Shown here: one piece after another, positions 16,956 to 24,000 of the stretch | Layout: each line of letters starts with the position of its first letter | Numbering within the stretch: position 1 is the stretch's first letter | From: Utexia brackfieldae | GTDB lineage: Bacteria; Pseudomonadota; Gammaproteobacteria; Enterobacterales; Orbaceae | DNA: 24,000 nt | Assembly (NCBI RefSeq): GCF_036251705.1 | Contig: NZ_CP133959.1 | Direction: 5' to 3' (one strand) | Notes under the pieces: model-generated | The model's input: only the letters and a program-made list of their open reading frames with translations | Told to the model about the DNA's origin: nothing | Database searches by the model: none | Program-made: the position numbers and the translations under genes

Positions 16956-18326
16956 TTAATGTGGATTGCGCGTATTGGTGCCACTGAGATTACGCATCAA
17001 CAGTGCATATTCCAGCTCAATATCATCCGGAATGGCTAAGTAGACAATATGTCCGTCACCTAAACCAGCCGCCACTTGTTCACCTTTACGATTATGCATC
17101 TGTTCGATAGTAAAGTTAATATTACCTTTTGGTGTCATCATCTCAACACTATCACCGACCGTAAATTTATTTTTCACGGCCACTTCCGCTAAACCATTCA
17201 CTTTATGACCGGTAAACTCACCGACAAATTGCTGAGACTCGGAGATCGAGTAACCGTAATCATAGTTTTGCATCTCTTCATGACGATGACGGCGTAAAAA
17301 GCCTTCAGTGTATCCACGATGAGCCAGTGCATCTAAGGTGGTTAGTAGCGAGGTGTCAAAAGGCTTACCAGCAGCGGCATCATCGATCGCTTTGCGATAA
17401 ACTTGGGCGGTACGGGCGCAGTAGTAGAATGATTTAGTTCGACCTTCGATTTTGAGCGAGTGAACGCCAATCTGGACCAACGACTCGACCAACTCAACAG
17501 CGCGCAGATCTTTTGAGTTCATAATATAGGTGCCATGCTCATCTTCAAAAGCCGACATATATTCGCCGGGACGATTGGCCTCTTCAATCATAAACACTTT
17601 GTTAGTAATGCCGCCTTCACCTAATGTCGGTTCAATTTGTTTAACCGGAATGGGTTCATGTTTATGGACGATCTGACCAACATCATTCTCTTTACCTTCT
17701 GCAATATTATATTCCCAACGACAAGCATTGGTGCAGGTACCTTGATTTGAATCTCGTTTGTTGATATAGCCCGACAAAAGACAACGACCGGAGTAAGCCA
17801 TACAGAGCGCCCCGTGAACGAAGATCTCAATCTCCATCTCTGGCACTTTTTCTCTGATTTCTGCCACTTCCTCTAAAGAGAGCTCTCGCGAGAGGACGAT
17901 GCGGGTTAAGCCCATATTTTGCCAGAATTTGACCGTTGCCCAGTTAACCGCATTCGACTGTACCGATAGATGAATTTCCATATCTGGAAAATGTTCACGC
18001 ACCAGCATGATTAAACCCGGGTCAGACATAATCAACGCATCTGGCTGCATGGCGATAACCGGCTCAAGATCGCGAATAAAAGTTTTTAATTTCGAGTTAT
18101 GCGGCGCAATATTCACTACCACATAAAACTTTTTACCTAAGGCATGCGCCTGCGCAATACCGATAGCTAAATTTTCGTGATTAAATTCATTATTGCGGAC
18201 ACGTAAACTATAACGCGGTTGGCCAGCATAGACCGCATCGGCGCCATAAGCAAAAGCATAGCGCATATTTTTTAACGAACCTGCCGGTGAGAGTAATTCT
18301 GGTTTAAATAAGTTTGGTTTTGACAT
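16956..18326 (-). CDS. yegQ: Peptidase U32-family protein YegQ (TrhP, tRNA ho5U34 hydroxylation factor)
   Basis: The 456-aa ORF is about 85 percent identical by eye to E. coli YegQ (FKPELLSPAG.LKNMRYAFAYGADAVYAGQPRYSLRVRNNEFNHENL, CMAYSGRCLLSGYINKRD.NQGTCTNACRWEYN, LKIEGRTKSFYYCARTAQVYRKAIDDAAAGKPFD). AGAGG lies 4-5 nt upstream of the ATG. Confidence 0.92.
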   Translation of the reverse strand: MSKPNLFKPELLSPAGSLKNMRYAFAYGADAVYAGQPRYSLRVRNNEFNHENLAIGIAQAHALGKKFYVVVNIAPHNSKLKTFIRDLEPVIAMQPDALIMSDPGLIMLVREHFPDMEIHLSVQSNAVNWATVKFWQNMGLTRIVLSRELSLEEVAEIREKVPEMEIEIFVHGALCMAYSGRCLLSGYINKRDSNQGTCTNACRWEYNIAEGKENDVGQIVHKHEPIPVKQIEPTLGEGGITNKVFMIEEANRPGEYMSAFEDEHGTYIMNSKDLRAVELVESLVQIGVHSLKIEGRTKSFYYCARTAQVYRKAIDDAAAGKPFDTSLLTTLDALAHRGYTEGFLRRHRHEEMQNYDYGYSISESQQFVGEFTGHKVNGLAEVAVKNKFTVGDSVEMMTPKGNINFTIEQMHNRKGEQVAAGLGDGHIVYLAIPDDIELEYALLMRNLSGTNTRNPH

Positions 18327-18549
18327 AATGCCTCTGATATCAAGTCAGTATTATGCACACGCATAATAGGTTAAGCAGTAAAATAGGACGCCGATTTTAC
18401 GCTGAGTTAAATCACGCTGCAATCAGAATATGCATTTTATTGCTGATTACACAATCGAATGTAAAAAAAGGTTAAGGGTGTTGGTTAAATCATCAATAGT
18501 TGCATAGGATATCAGCAATAATTATCTATTCAACAAGGAGCGTTTTATT

Positions 18550-19467
18550 ATGGTTTATTTGCATATTGCGGCTAAGTTAATTTTAGCCTTTGTGTTTGTG
18601 ATTATCGTGTTACGGGTCACTGGCAAAAGTTCGATGTCCCAGATGACGGTGATTGATGTCATCGGCAATATGATCCTCGGTAGTATAGTCGGGGGCATCA
18701 TCTATAATGGTGATATTGGTATGGTACATTTTTTGATGATACTGATTATCTGGACCTTGATTATGATGGCGGTGTACTATTTACAAATGCTGAGTAATCG
18801 CGCCAAGCAGCTGATTGTGGGTAAGCCGGTCGAGCTGATCCGTGATAATCAACTGATTTTATCGGCGCTCTCATATTGTAAGCTCGATATCAGCGATTTA
18901 AATACCTTACTAAGAATGAAAGGGATCAATTCACTCACAGAAGTTTATCACGCCCAGTTAGAGCCCAATGGTCAATTGAGTGTGATTAAAAATGGCGAAG
19001 TAGATTTTGGTTATATTGTGGTCAAAAATGGCCAGATTGACGAAGATATTTTAGCCTATACGGAAAAAGATAAGAAATGGCTGGAGAAAGCACTGAATAA
19101 AAAAGGGTTTAGCAGTTTAGACAATATCTTTTGTGTAGAATATTATGATAATGATATTTCTGTCGTCACCAAGCAGCAAATAAAAGAGACCGATGAAAAA
19201 GCAGCAGAGAAAAAAACATCACCAGCGACAACCCCACGCAAACGAAAATCGACGCGATCACGTAGCCGCAAACCCGCCAATAAGAAACCAGATGCCAATA
19301 GTGAGGGGAATGCCAGCAATAAGGCAGAAAGTCAGGCTGACAGCAAAACACAAAAAAACACGCAAAATAGTACTCAAAGTAGTACCAGCAAAAAATCCGC
19401 AACCGATAAAACCACAGTAGATAAACCGGAGAGTGACAATAAGAAAACTGAGAATAAAGAGAAATAA
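18550..19467 (+). CDS. DUF421 (YetF/YcaP-family) membrane protein with a ~98-aa Lys/Ser/Thr/Asn-rich basic C-terminal tail
   Basis: 305-aa ORF with AAGGAG 9 nt upstream. Residues 1-~207 have the DUF421 layout: 3 TM helices followed by a soluble domain with GKPVELIRDNQLI...L.MKGI....EVYHAQLEPNGQLSV and W.EK.L.KKGF.S..NIF..EY. Residues ~208-305 form a low-complexity tail (PRKRKSTRSRSRKPANKKP...). Confidence 0.8.
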   Translation: MVYLHIAAKLILAFVFVIIVLRVTGKSSMSQMTVIDVIGNMILGSIVGGIIYNGDIGMVHFLMILIIWTLIMMAVYYLQMLSNRAKQLIVGKPVELIRDNQLILSALSYCKLDISDLNTLLRMKGINSLTEVYHAQLEPNGQLSVIKNGEVDFGYIVVKNGQIDEDILAYTEKDKKWLEKALNKKGFSSLDNIFCVEYYDNDISVVTKQQIKETDEKAAEKKTSPATTPRKRKSTRSRSRKPANKKPDANSEGNASNKAESQADSKTQKNTQNSTQSSTSKKSATDKTTVDKPESDNKKTENKEK

Positions 19468-19475
19468 CAGTGAAA

Positions 19476-19549
19476 TGGAGGCGCGTCCCGGAGTCGAACC
19501 GAGGTAGGCGGATTTGCAATCCGCAGCATGGCCACTCTGCCAACGCGCC
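19476..19549 (-). tRNA. cysT: tRNA-Cys (anticodon GCA)
   Basis: The reverse complement reads GGCGCGT-TG-GCAGAGTGGCCATGC-T-GCGGA-TTGCAAA-TCCGC-CTAC-CTCGG-TTCGACT-CCGGG-ACGCGCC-TCCA. It folds into a 74-nt cloverleaf with an encoded CCA, and its acceptor and anticodon arms are nearly identical to E. coli tRNA-Cys. Confidence 0.95.
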
Positions 19550-19569
19550 ACTACTGAATAGTGGGAAGT

Positions 19570-19598
19570 ATTCTATGCTGAAATGCCGCATGTTTCAA
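19570..19598 (-). promoter_or_regulatory. Sigma70-type promoter for tRNA-Cys
   Basis: On the minus strand: TTGAAA (19598-19593), a 17-nt spacer, TAGAAT (19575-19570), then ACTTCCC. The mature tRNA 5' end is 20 nt downstream of the -10 hexamer. Confidence 0.5.
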
Positions 19599-20037
19599 GC
19601 ATTAACCGCAAAATCGTGATTGTTTGCTGAGATTATGTGCAGCCAAGTCAATTTGTTCAGCTATTTTTAACCTACTGAGTGGCATAATCGTAATGCGGTT
19701 AAATGAATCAGGACGATCAGCGGATATTTATTGTGCGATGCGGATTCAGTTAAAATCCAATGTTAATTTTACTTTCAATATATTATAAATATATGATAAA
19801 TGAATTATCAATATATCATCAATAAAACACTATCTATTTGATATTTATCTGTTTAAATTTTGTTTTAAGCAATTTATGCAAACTTGATCACAGTTTTAAA
19901 AAGCATATATATTAGCGACATGATCATCTCAATAGTGTCAGTTTTTTATTCATAAAACAATATTTATCTGGTTTGGTCATTTCCTATAAATATTCCGCAA
20001 ATGATTTTTGACTATATAATCTTAAAGAGGATTCATT

Positions 20038-21279
20038 ATGAATGAGGTGTTAACGCAAATTCAAACCTTTGATATGCCTAATACTGCTTTTATGCTGTTA
20101 TGTACCAGCTTAGTCATGCTGATGACACCTGGGCTAGCTTTCTTTTATGGCGGTTTGGTCTCTAAGAAAAGCGTTGTTACTATTATGTTTCAAAGCTTTG
20201 TCTCAATGGGCTGGGTCGCTATTCTATGGTTTATCGTAGGTTACTCGCTGAGTTTTGGACCGACGATTAATGGTATTATTGGTGATCCTAGTGCTTATTT
20301 TTTCCTGAATAATATTGGCCCTAACACCATGTATACCGGTAATACAGGTGGGATTCCTATCTTAGTCCATTTCGTTTACCAAATGATGTTTGCTATTATT
20401 ACCCCGGCCTTAGTCACAGGGGCATTTGCTAATCGGGTTAATTTTATCCCTTACTTAATCTTTTTAACCTTCTGGACGTTATTCGTTTACTGCCCATTCG
20501 TGCATATGGTATGGAGTCCAGATGGTCTGCTATATCAATGGGGCGTGGTTGACTTTGCCGGGGGTATCGTGGTTCATGCGACAGCTGGACTGGCTGCATT
20601 GGCTTCAGCTATCTATGTGGGTCGCCGTGTGTTAATCAAAGATACATCACACAGTATTCCCTTTGTCGCATTAGGCGCCGGTCTGTTATGGTTTGGTTGG
20701 TATGGTTTTAATGCTGGTTCAGAACTTCAAGTTAATCCAATTACTGTTTCAGCCTTTATTACAACGGATATCGCTGCTGCCTTCGCCGCGGTGACCTGGA
20801 TGATTATCGAAATCATTCATGTCGGTAAACCGAAACTGGTTGGTTTATTAACCGGTGCTGTGGCCGGTCTAGCGACCATTACGCCAGCTTCAGGTTATGT
20901 CTCCATCCAGTCAGCCGCGATTATTGGTATTGTGGCCAGCCTGGTCTGTTATGTAGCGGTATTTATTTTACGTAAATATGTTGATGATGCGTTAGACGTG
21001 TTTGGTGTGCACGGCGTTGGTGGGATTGTCGGTTCGATTCTGGTTGGTGTGTTTGCTGCGACATTATGGAATAGCACAGGTCCGTCTGGCTTACTTGAGA
21101 GTGGCAGCTTTGCGCAGTTAGGTAAACAATTTGTCGCCGTCGTCTTTGCAGCAGGTTGGTCGTTTATCTTCACCATTGCGCTATTGTGGCTAACCAATAA
21201 AATTACCCCAGTACGTGTTACACAAGATAAAGAAGGCACCATTGATGATGCTATCTTCGGTGAAGATGCTTACGAGTAA
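20038..21279 (+). CDS. amt: Ammonium transporter (Amt family)
   Basis: 413-aa polytopic ORF with Amt signatures (NTAFMLLCTSLVMLMTPGLAFFYGGLV, DFAGG.VVH, LLWFGWYGFNAGS, DVFGVHGVGGIVG). RBS AAGAGG precedes it. There is no signal-peptide-like N-terminus and no glnK next to it. Confidence 0.92.
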   Translation: MNEVLTQIQTFDMPNTAFMLLCTSLVMLMTPGLAFFYGGLVSKKSVVTIMFQSFVSMGWVAILWFIVGYSLSFGPTINGIIGDPSAYFFLNNIGPNTMYTGNTGGIPILVHFVYQMMFAIITPALVTGAFANRVNFIPYLIFLTFWTLFVYCPFVHMVWSPDGLLYQWGVVDFAGGIVVHATAGLAALASAIYVGRRVLIKDTSHSIPFVALGAGLLWFGWYGFNAGSELQVNPITVSAFITTDIAAAFAAVTWMIIEIIHVGKPKLVGLLTGAVAGLATITPASGYVSIQSAAIIGIVASLVCYVAVFILRKYVDDALDVFGVHGVGGIVGSILVGVFAATLWNSTGPSGLLESGSFAQLGKQFVAVVFAAGWSFIFTIALLWLTNKITPVRVTQDKEGTIDDAIFGEDAYE

Positions 21280-21353
21280 ATGTTAAATACAGCAGTATTG
21301 AAGTCAATCTGAGTTATTCTATCCATAACTCAGGTGAATAAAATAGTTGGATT

Positions 21354-21388
21354 AAGGTCGATTCGGTAACGGGTCGGCCTTTTTATTT
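21354..21388 (+). terminator. Rho-independent terminator of amt
   Basis: AAGGTCGA (21354-21361) pairs with TCGGCCTT (21374-21381) with one G:U, and is followed by TTTTTATTT. A second perfect 9-bp hairpin, CTGAGTTAT/ATAACTCAG (21309-21333), lies just upstream and has no U-tract. Confidence 0.65.
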
Positions 21389-21873
21389 ATTGGTATGACT
21401 CAACGCTGGCTAATAATCGCGATATCACTGCACTGTTTAAGTAGTACGAACCAGCCATGATATCGATTAGCTAATCTGGCGCTTGTTATCGTGCAGCGAA
21501 TCGCAATAGTTACCATGTAACTTAATACTGGCCTTATTTGCAGACCTTATTGATAGTGTATTAGCATAGGGCGAGGATATCATAGCACTTTTGGGGTATA
21601 GCACACCACCAGAAGAGAGGGTTTGTTCTGGTGTCATCGGCATAACTAAACAATGACATCACAGCATAAAAGCGCGTTACCTACAGGTCATAGAATCTTT
21701 GCTAAACATAGGACGAAATTTACGGCAGATATCATTCTGATAGGGCTTAGCATAGCCGGTAGGATAGCATTATTAGGTGCTGGATTATCCAATTCTAGTC
21801 GAATCAAGTCATATCAATCTGACCGTCAACCGTCATTGATCGATAGTCAATCCAACGCTCACAACAATCATCA

Positions 21874-22815
21874 TTACGCTGAAATATACCGGGTAATGAT
21901 GATCCATAAGGGGGCGGCCAGCATAAAAAAGAGCATACTACAGGCTAAGGTCGAGGTACCAGTTTTAATATAGACCTGATAGCGGTTACCGATAATCGCC
22001 CCGGAAAATGACGGTGGCAGCGCCGAGATTAACACCAACATCTGCAGAATTTCACCGCGAATCCCAAAGCTGAGGGCAATGGCTAAAGCAATTGCGGGCA
22101 TCAGGATCAGTTTTAACAGGGTGTTAAAAATAACTTCACCATCAAGCTCAAATTGATGTACCGATAAAGTTACCCCAGCAGCAAAAATCGCTAAGCCTGA
22201 TTTAGCATAAGCAATCAGATTTAAACTGGGGGTGAGTGCCGGGGGAAATTTAATATCGAGAAGCACTAATACAATGGCCAAAATCGGCACGATCACAATC
22301 GGTTCTTTAAGTGAAGCAATAATTGGATTTCGATGTCTTTTATTGCCGTTTTCATCGGTGGGGTGCATTAAATAGACACCAAAAGGGATCACCAATACAT
22401 GCTGCACAATCGCCACAATAGCGACCACTAAACCAGTAATGGTGCCTGAACCATAAATGGGACTTAATGTGGCAAAACCTAACACGCCAACGGTTGGCGA
22501 ACCGGCAATCATGGCGGCCACCGACGCTTCGCTGCGATCATGCTTGAATATTTTTTTACAGCAGAAATAGCTGAGAAAGAAGCAGACGATTAAGATCACG
22601 GTACTGGCCAGTGTCAATGACATATCAGCAAAGAGCATCGCGCGATCGGCTTTAACGATGGAGATAAACAGGGCGGCGGGTAGCGCATAATCGAGTACCA
22701 GTCTATTAAATGCTTGAGCATTATCTTCAGAAAAACTACTGCGCTTACCGGCAATATAACCGAGCAGTAGGATCACGAAAATCGGCAGCAGATCATTTAA
22801 AAAAATTTGTTCCAT
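21874..22815 (-). CDS. yfdV: AEC (auxin efflux carrier, Mem_trans) family transporter, YfdV-like
   Basis: 313-aa ORF colinear with E. coli YfdV as I recall it (DLLPIFVILLLGY..G.R..FSED.A.AFN.LVL.YALPAALF, IAGSPT.G.LGFA.L.PIYG, LKLILMP, ALPP.FSG.II..R). Confidence 0.8.
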   Translation of the reverse strand: MEQIFLNDLLPIFVILLLGYIAGKRSSFSEDNAQAFNRLVLDYALPAALFISIVKADRAMLFADMSLTLASTVILIVCFFLSYFCCKKIFKHDRSEASVAAMIAGSPTVGVLGFATLSPIYGSGTITGLVVAIVAIVQHVLVIPFGVYLMHPTDENGNKRHRNPIIASLKEPIVIVPILAIVLVLLDIKFPPALTPSLNLIAYAKSGLAIFAAGVTLSVHQFELDGEVIFNTLLKLILMPAIALAIALSFGIRGEILQMLVLISALPPSFSGAIIGNRYQVYIKTGTSTLACSMLFFMLAAPLWIIITRYISA

Positions 22816-23227
22816 GTCACAGTGCTCATGATTAATTGAGTTTGGGGGAATCCGGCATTAAGATCCGGCGGATTATTTCAGCTTACCGGCTGGCCGTCCA
22901 TCGAATCAACAGTGTTTAATGGTCGATTGTCAATGCACGGTTATTCTAATCTGCTTTAGTCTAACGGTATGTAAACTGAAAACAATCACCTTAATGCTAA
23001 TTTTACACAATGAAATCAAAAATAGCTTACTTAATAGACTGTTTTTAAAGGTAAAAGTTATCAAGATAAAGCCGGACTTAGCGTGCTTGACCGCCTGAAA
23101 TCTTATCTATTAATGAAATATGCGCTTAATGTTATCAATAACTTTTCATAGTAAATTTATTTTACATGATTATGTGCAAGGTAAATTTTTTTTCCAAAAA
23201 ACAGACAAATAATTTATTTACTTTGGA

Positions 23228-23257
23228 TTGCTTAAAATTCACAAACTCCATTATCAT
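23228..23257 (+). promoter_or_regulatory. Candidate sigma70 promoter for the urease operon
   Basis: TTGCTT (23228-23233), an 18-nt spacer and TATCAT (23252-23257). It lies ~35 nt upstream of the ureA ATG, and an upstream T8-CC-A6 tract (23186-23201) could act as an UP-like element. The match is weak. Confidence 0.3.
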
Positions 23258-23293
23258 CAAACCGTTACTAAATGTAAACCTACGGAGGACATA

Positions 23294-23596
23294 ATGGAGT
23301 TAACCCCAAGAGAGATTGAGAAACTGATGCTATATACCCTGGCTGACGTTGCACAAAAACGTAAAAATCGTGGCGTGAAATTAAATTACCCTGAAGCTGT
23401 CGCTATTATTTCAGTGACGGCTTTAGAAGGGGCTCGCGATGGTAAAACGCTCGAAGATGTGATGAAAGAAGCGAGCATGGCTTTAACCAAAAGTGATGTG
23501 ATGGACGGGGTGGCTGATCTCATTCCTAAAGTTCAGGTCGAAGCGATTTTTACTGATGGTAGTCGACTGGTTACTGTCCATGATCCAATCAAATAA
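23294..23596 (+). CDS. ureA: Urease subunit gamma
   Basis: From the ATG at 23294 (GGAGGA 5 nt upstream) a 100-aa protein reads [40 protein letters not shown]...VTVHDPIK, a canonical UreA. The ORF-track start at 23228 (TTG) is an unsupported extension. Confidence 0.95.
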   Translation: MELTPREIEKLMLYTLADVAQKRKNRGVKLNYPEAVAIISVTALEGARDGKTLEDVMKEASMALTKSDVMDGVADLIPKVQVEAIFTDGSRLVTVHDPIK

Positions 23597-23642
23597 ATTG
23601 CGCCCATTAGCCTGCAAGACATCGTTGTATTAAGGAGAAGAA

Positions 23643-24000
23643 ATGAGTAACGCAAAACAATCTACGCCTTTGGGAGGCGTCATTCTCGCCAGTACCCCAA
23701 TCGAATTTAATACTGATAAAACTGAAATCAAAATCAAAGTCCGTAATACCGGTGATCGACCTGTGCAAGTCGGTTCACATTTCCATTTTTTTGAAGCTAA
23801 CAATGCGCTGGAATTTGATCGTAGTGCTGCCTACGGTAAACGTTTAAATATTGCCGCGACAACCGCTATTCGTTTTGAACCCGGTGATGAAATTGAAGTT
23901 TCATTGATTCCTTACGGCGGTAAACAGACCGTTTATGGTTTTAATAATCTGGTTGATGGCTGGACGGGTGATAATGGCAGCGGTCAGGCGCGCCCAGAGC
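23643..24000 (+). CDS. ureB: Urease subunit beta (5' partial, runs off the window)
   Basis: This gene is not in the ORF track because no stop falls inside the window. My translation from the ATG at 23643 (AAGGAG upstream) reads [119 protein letters not shown]... This gives a UreB core with the long N- and C-terminal flanks I associate with Yersinia-type UreB. Confidence 0.9.
   Translation, partial: MSNAKQSTPLGGVILASTPIEFNTDKTEIKIKVRNTGDRPVQVGSHFHFFEANNALEFDRSAAYGKRLNIAATTAIRFEPGDEIEVSLIPYGGKQTVYGFNNLVDGWTGDNGSGQARPE

Noticed and set aside
1297-17830. Other short ORF-track entries nested in or antisense to well-supported genes (1297-1542, 1937-2125, 2827-3153, 5644-5841, 5907-6128, 7630-7824, 9462-9644, 10326-10526, 12058-12249, 12172-12378, 14040-14300, 14804-15013, 14911-15111, 15321-15557, 15550-15774, 16239-16421, 16261-16464, 17621-17830, and also 20949-21242)
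   Set aside because: Each overlaps a gene with strong full-length homology, lacks an RBS and translates to low-complexity sequence. I treat them all as noise.
19166-19591. Overlapping ORFs in alternative and antisense frames of the DUF421 tail (19193-19420 plus; 19166-19591 and 19258-19551 minus)
   Set aside because: They stay open only because the tract is T-poor on the plus strand, and the minus-strand ORFs run straight through the tRNA-Cys gene. They are compositional artefacts.
19794-19810. Fur box upstream of amt (GATAAT-like dyad)
   Set aside because: The TGATAA and TTATCA arms are separated by 5 nt, not the 3 nt of the Fur 7-1-7 consensus, and iron control of amt has no obvious rationale.
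18550-20037. tRNA-Cys as the attachment site of a genomic island, with DUF421 as possible cargo
   Set aside because: There is no integrase, and I could find no direct repeat of the tRNA 3' end in the flanking kilobases. The flanking genes (yegQ, amt) are chromosomal housekeeping types.
19900-20037. Sigma54 (-24/-12) promoter, and a TATAAT at 20015-20020, considered as the amt promoter
   Set aside because: No GG-N10-GC element is present. The TATAAT lies only 17 nt from the ATG, so a transcript started from it would lack the AAGAGG RBS.
21653-21973. 106-aa plus-strand ORF and a 58-aa minus-strand ORF (21467-21643) in the amt / yfdV-like gap
   Set aside because: Neither has an RBS or recognisable homology. 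The first overlaps the 3' 100 nt of the well-supported transporter gene on the opposite strand.
1-24000. CRISPR arrays, IS elements or inverted terminal repeats, prophage genes, restriction-modification, toxin-antitoxin pairs or known defence-system genes
   Set aside because: I looked for regularly spaced direct repeats, transposase/integrase-like ORFs and small paired ORFs on both strands and found none. Every ORF above ~150 aa has an ordinary metabolic, transport or regulatory assignment.

Overview
This window looks like ordinary core chromosome from an Enterobacterales-type gammaproteobacterium. The proteins and the pepD / gpt-frsA / proB-proA neighbourhood closely parallel E. coli K-12 as I recall it, and UreA/UreB look Yersinia/Photorhabdus-like. 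I support 19 protein-coding genes. In order they are: a DeoR regulator, a Cof-type HAD phosphatase, a YbjJ-like MFS transporter, malX-malY-manA, a Set-family sugar efflux MFS, a PLDc_N/TPR membrane protein, pepD, gpt, frsA, proB, proA, yegQ(trhP), a DUF421 membrane protein with a long basic tail, an Amt ammonium channel, a YfdV-like AEC transporter, ureA and the 5' part of ureB. There is also one tRNA-Cys(GCA) with a good sigma70-like promoter, three convincing intrinsic terminators and a helically phased tandem-repeat tract. I saw no transposase, integrase, phage, CRISPR, restriction-modification or toxin-antitoxin signatures, and I cannot honestly identify a novel multi-gene system. The items worth a second look are all modest. 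They are the T-depleted, Lys-rich 98-aa tail on the DUF421 protein, which ends 8 nt from the tRNA-Cys gene, and a hairpin-dense 345-bp spacer upstream of the Set-family gene that carries an 11-nt match to the SgrS seed on the opposite strand. The list also includes an orphan PLDc_N+TPR protein, the 11-12 bp phased repeats after proA, a malX region that has no malI gene but does have class II CRP geometry, a ~480-bp ORF-less gap with a repeated motif, and an amt / yfdV-like / Yersinia-type urease neighbourhood. All homology statements come from my memory of reference proteins, not from searches.
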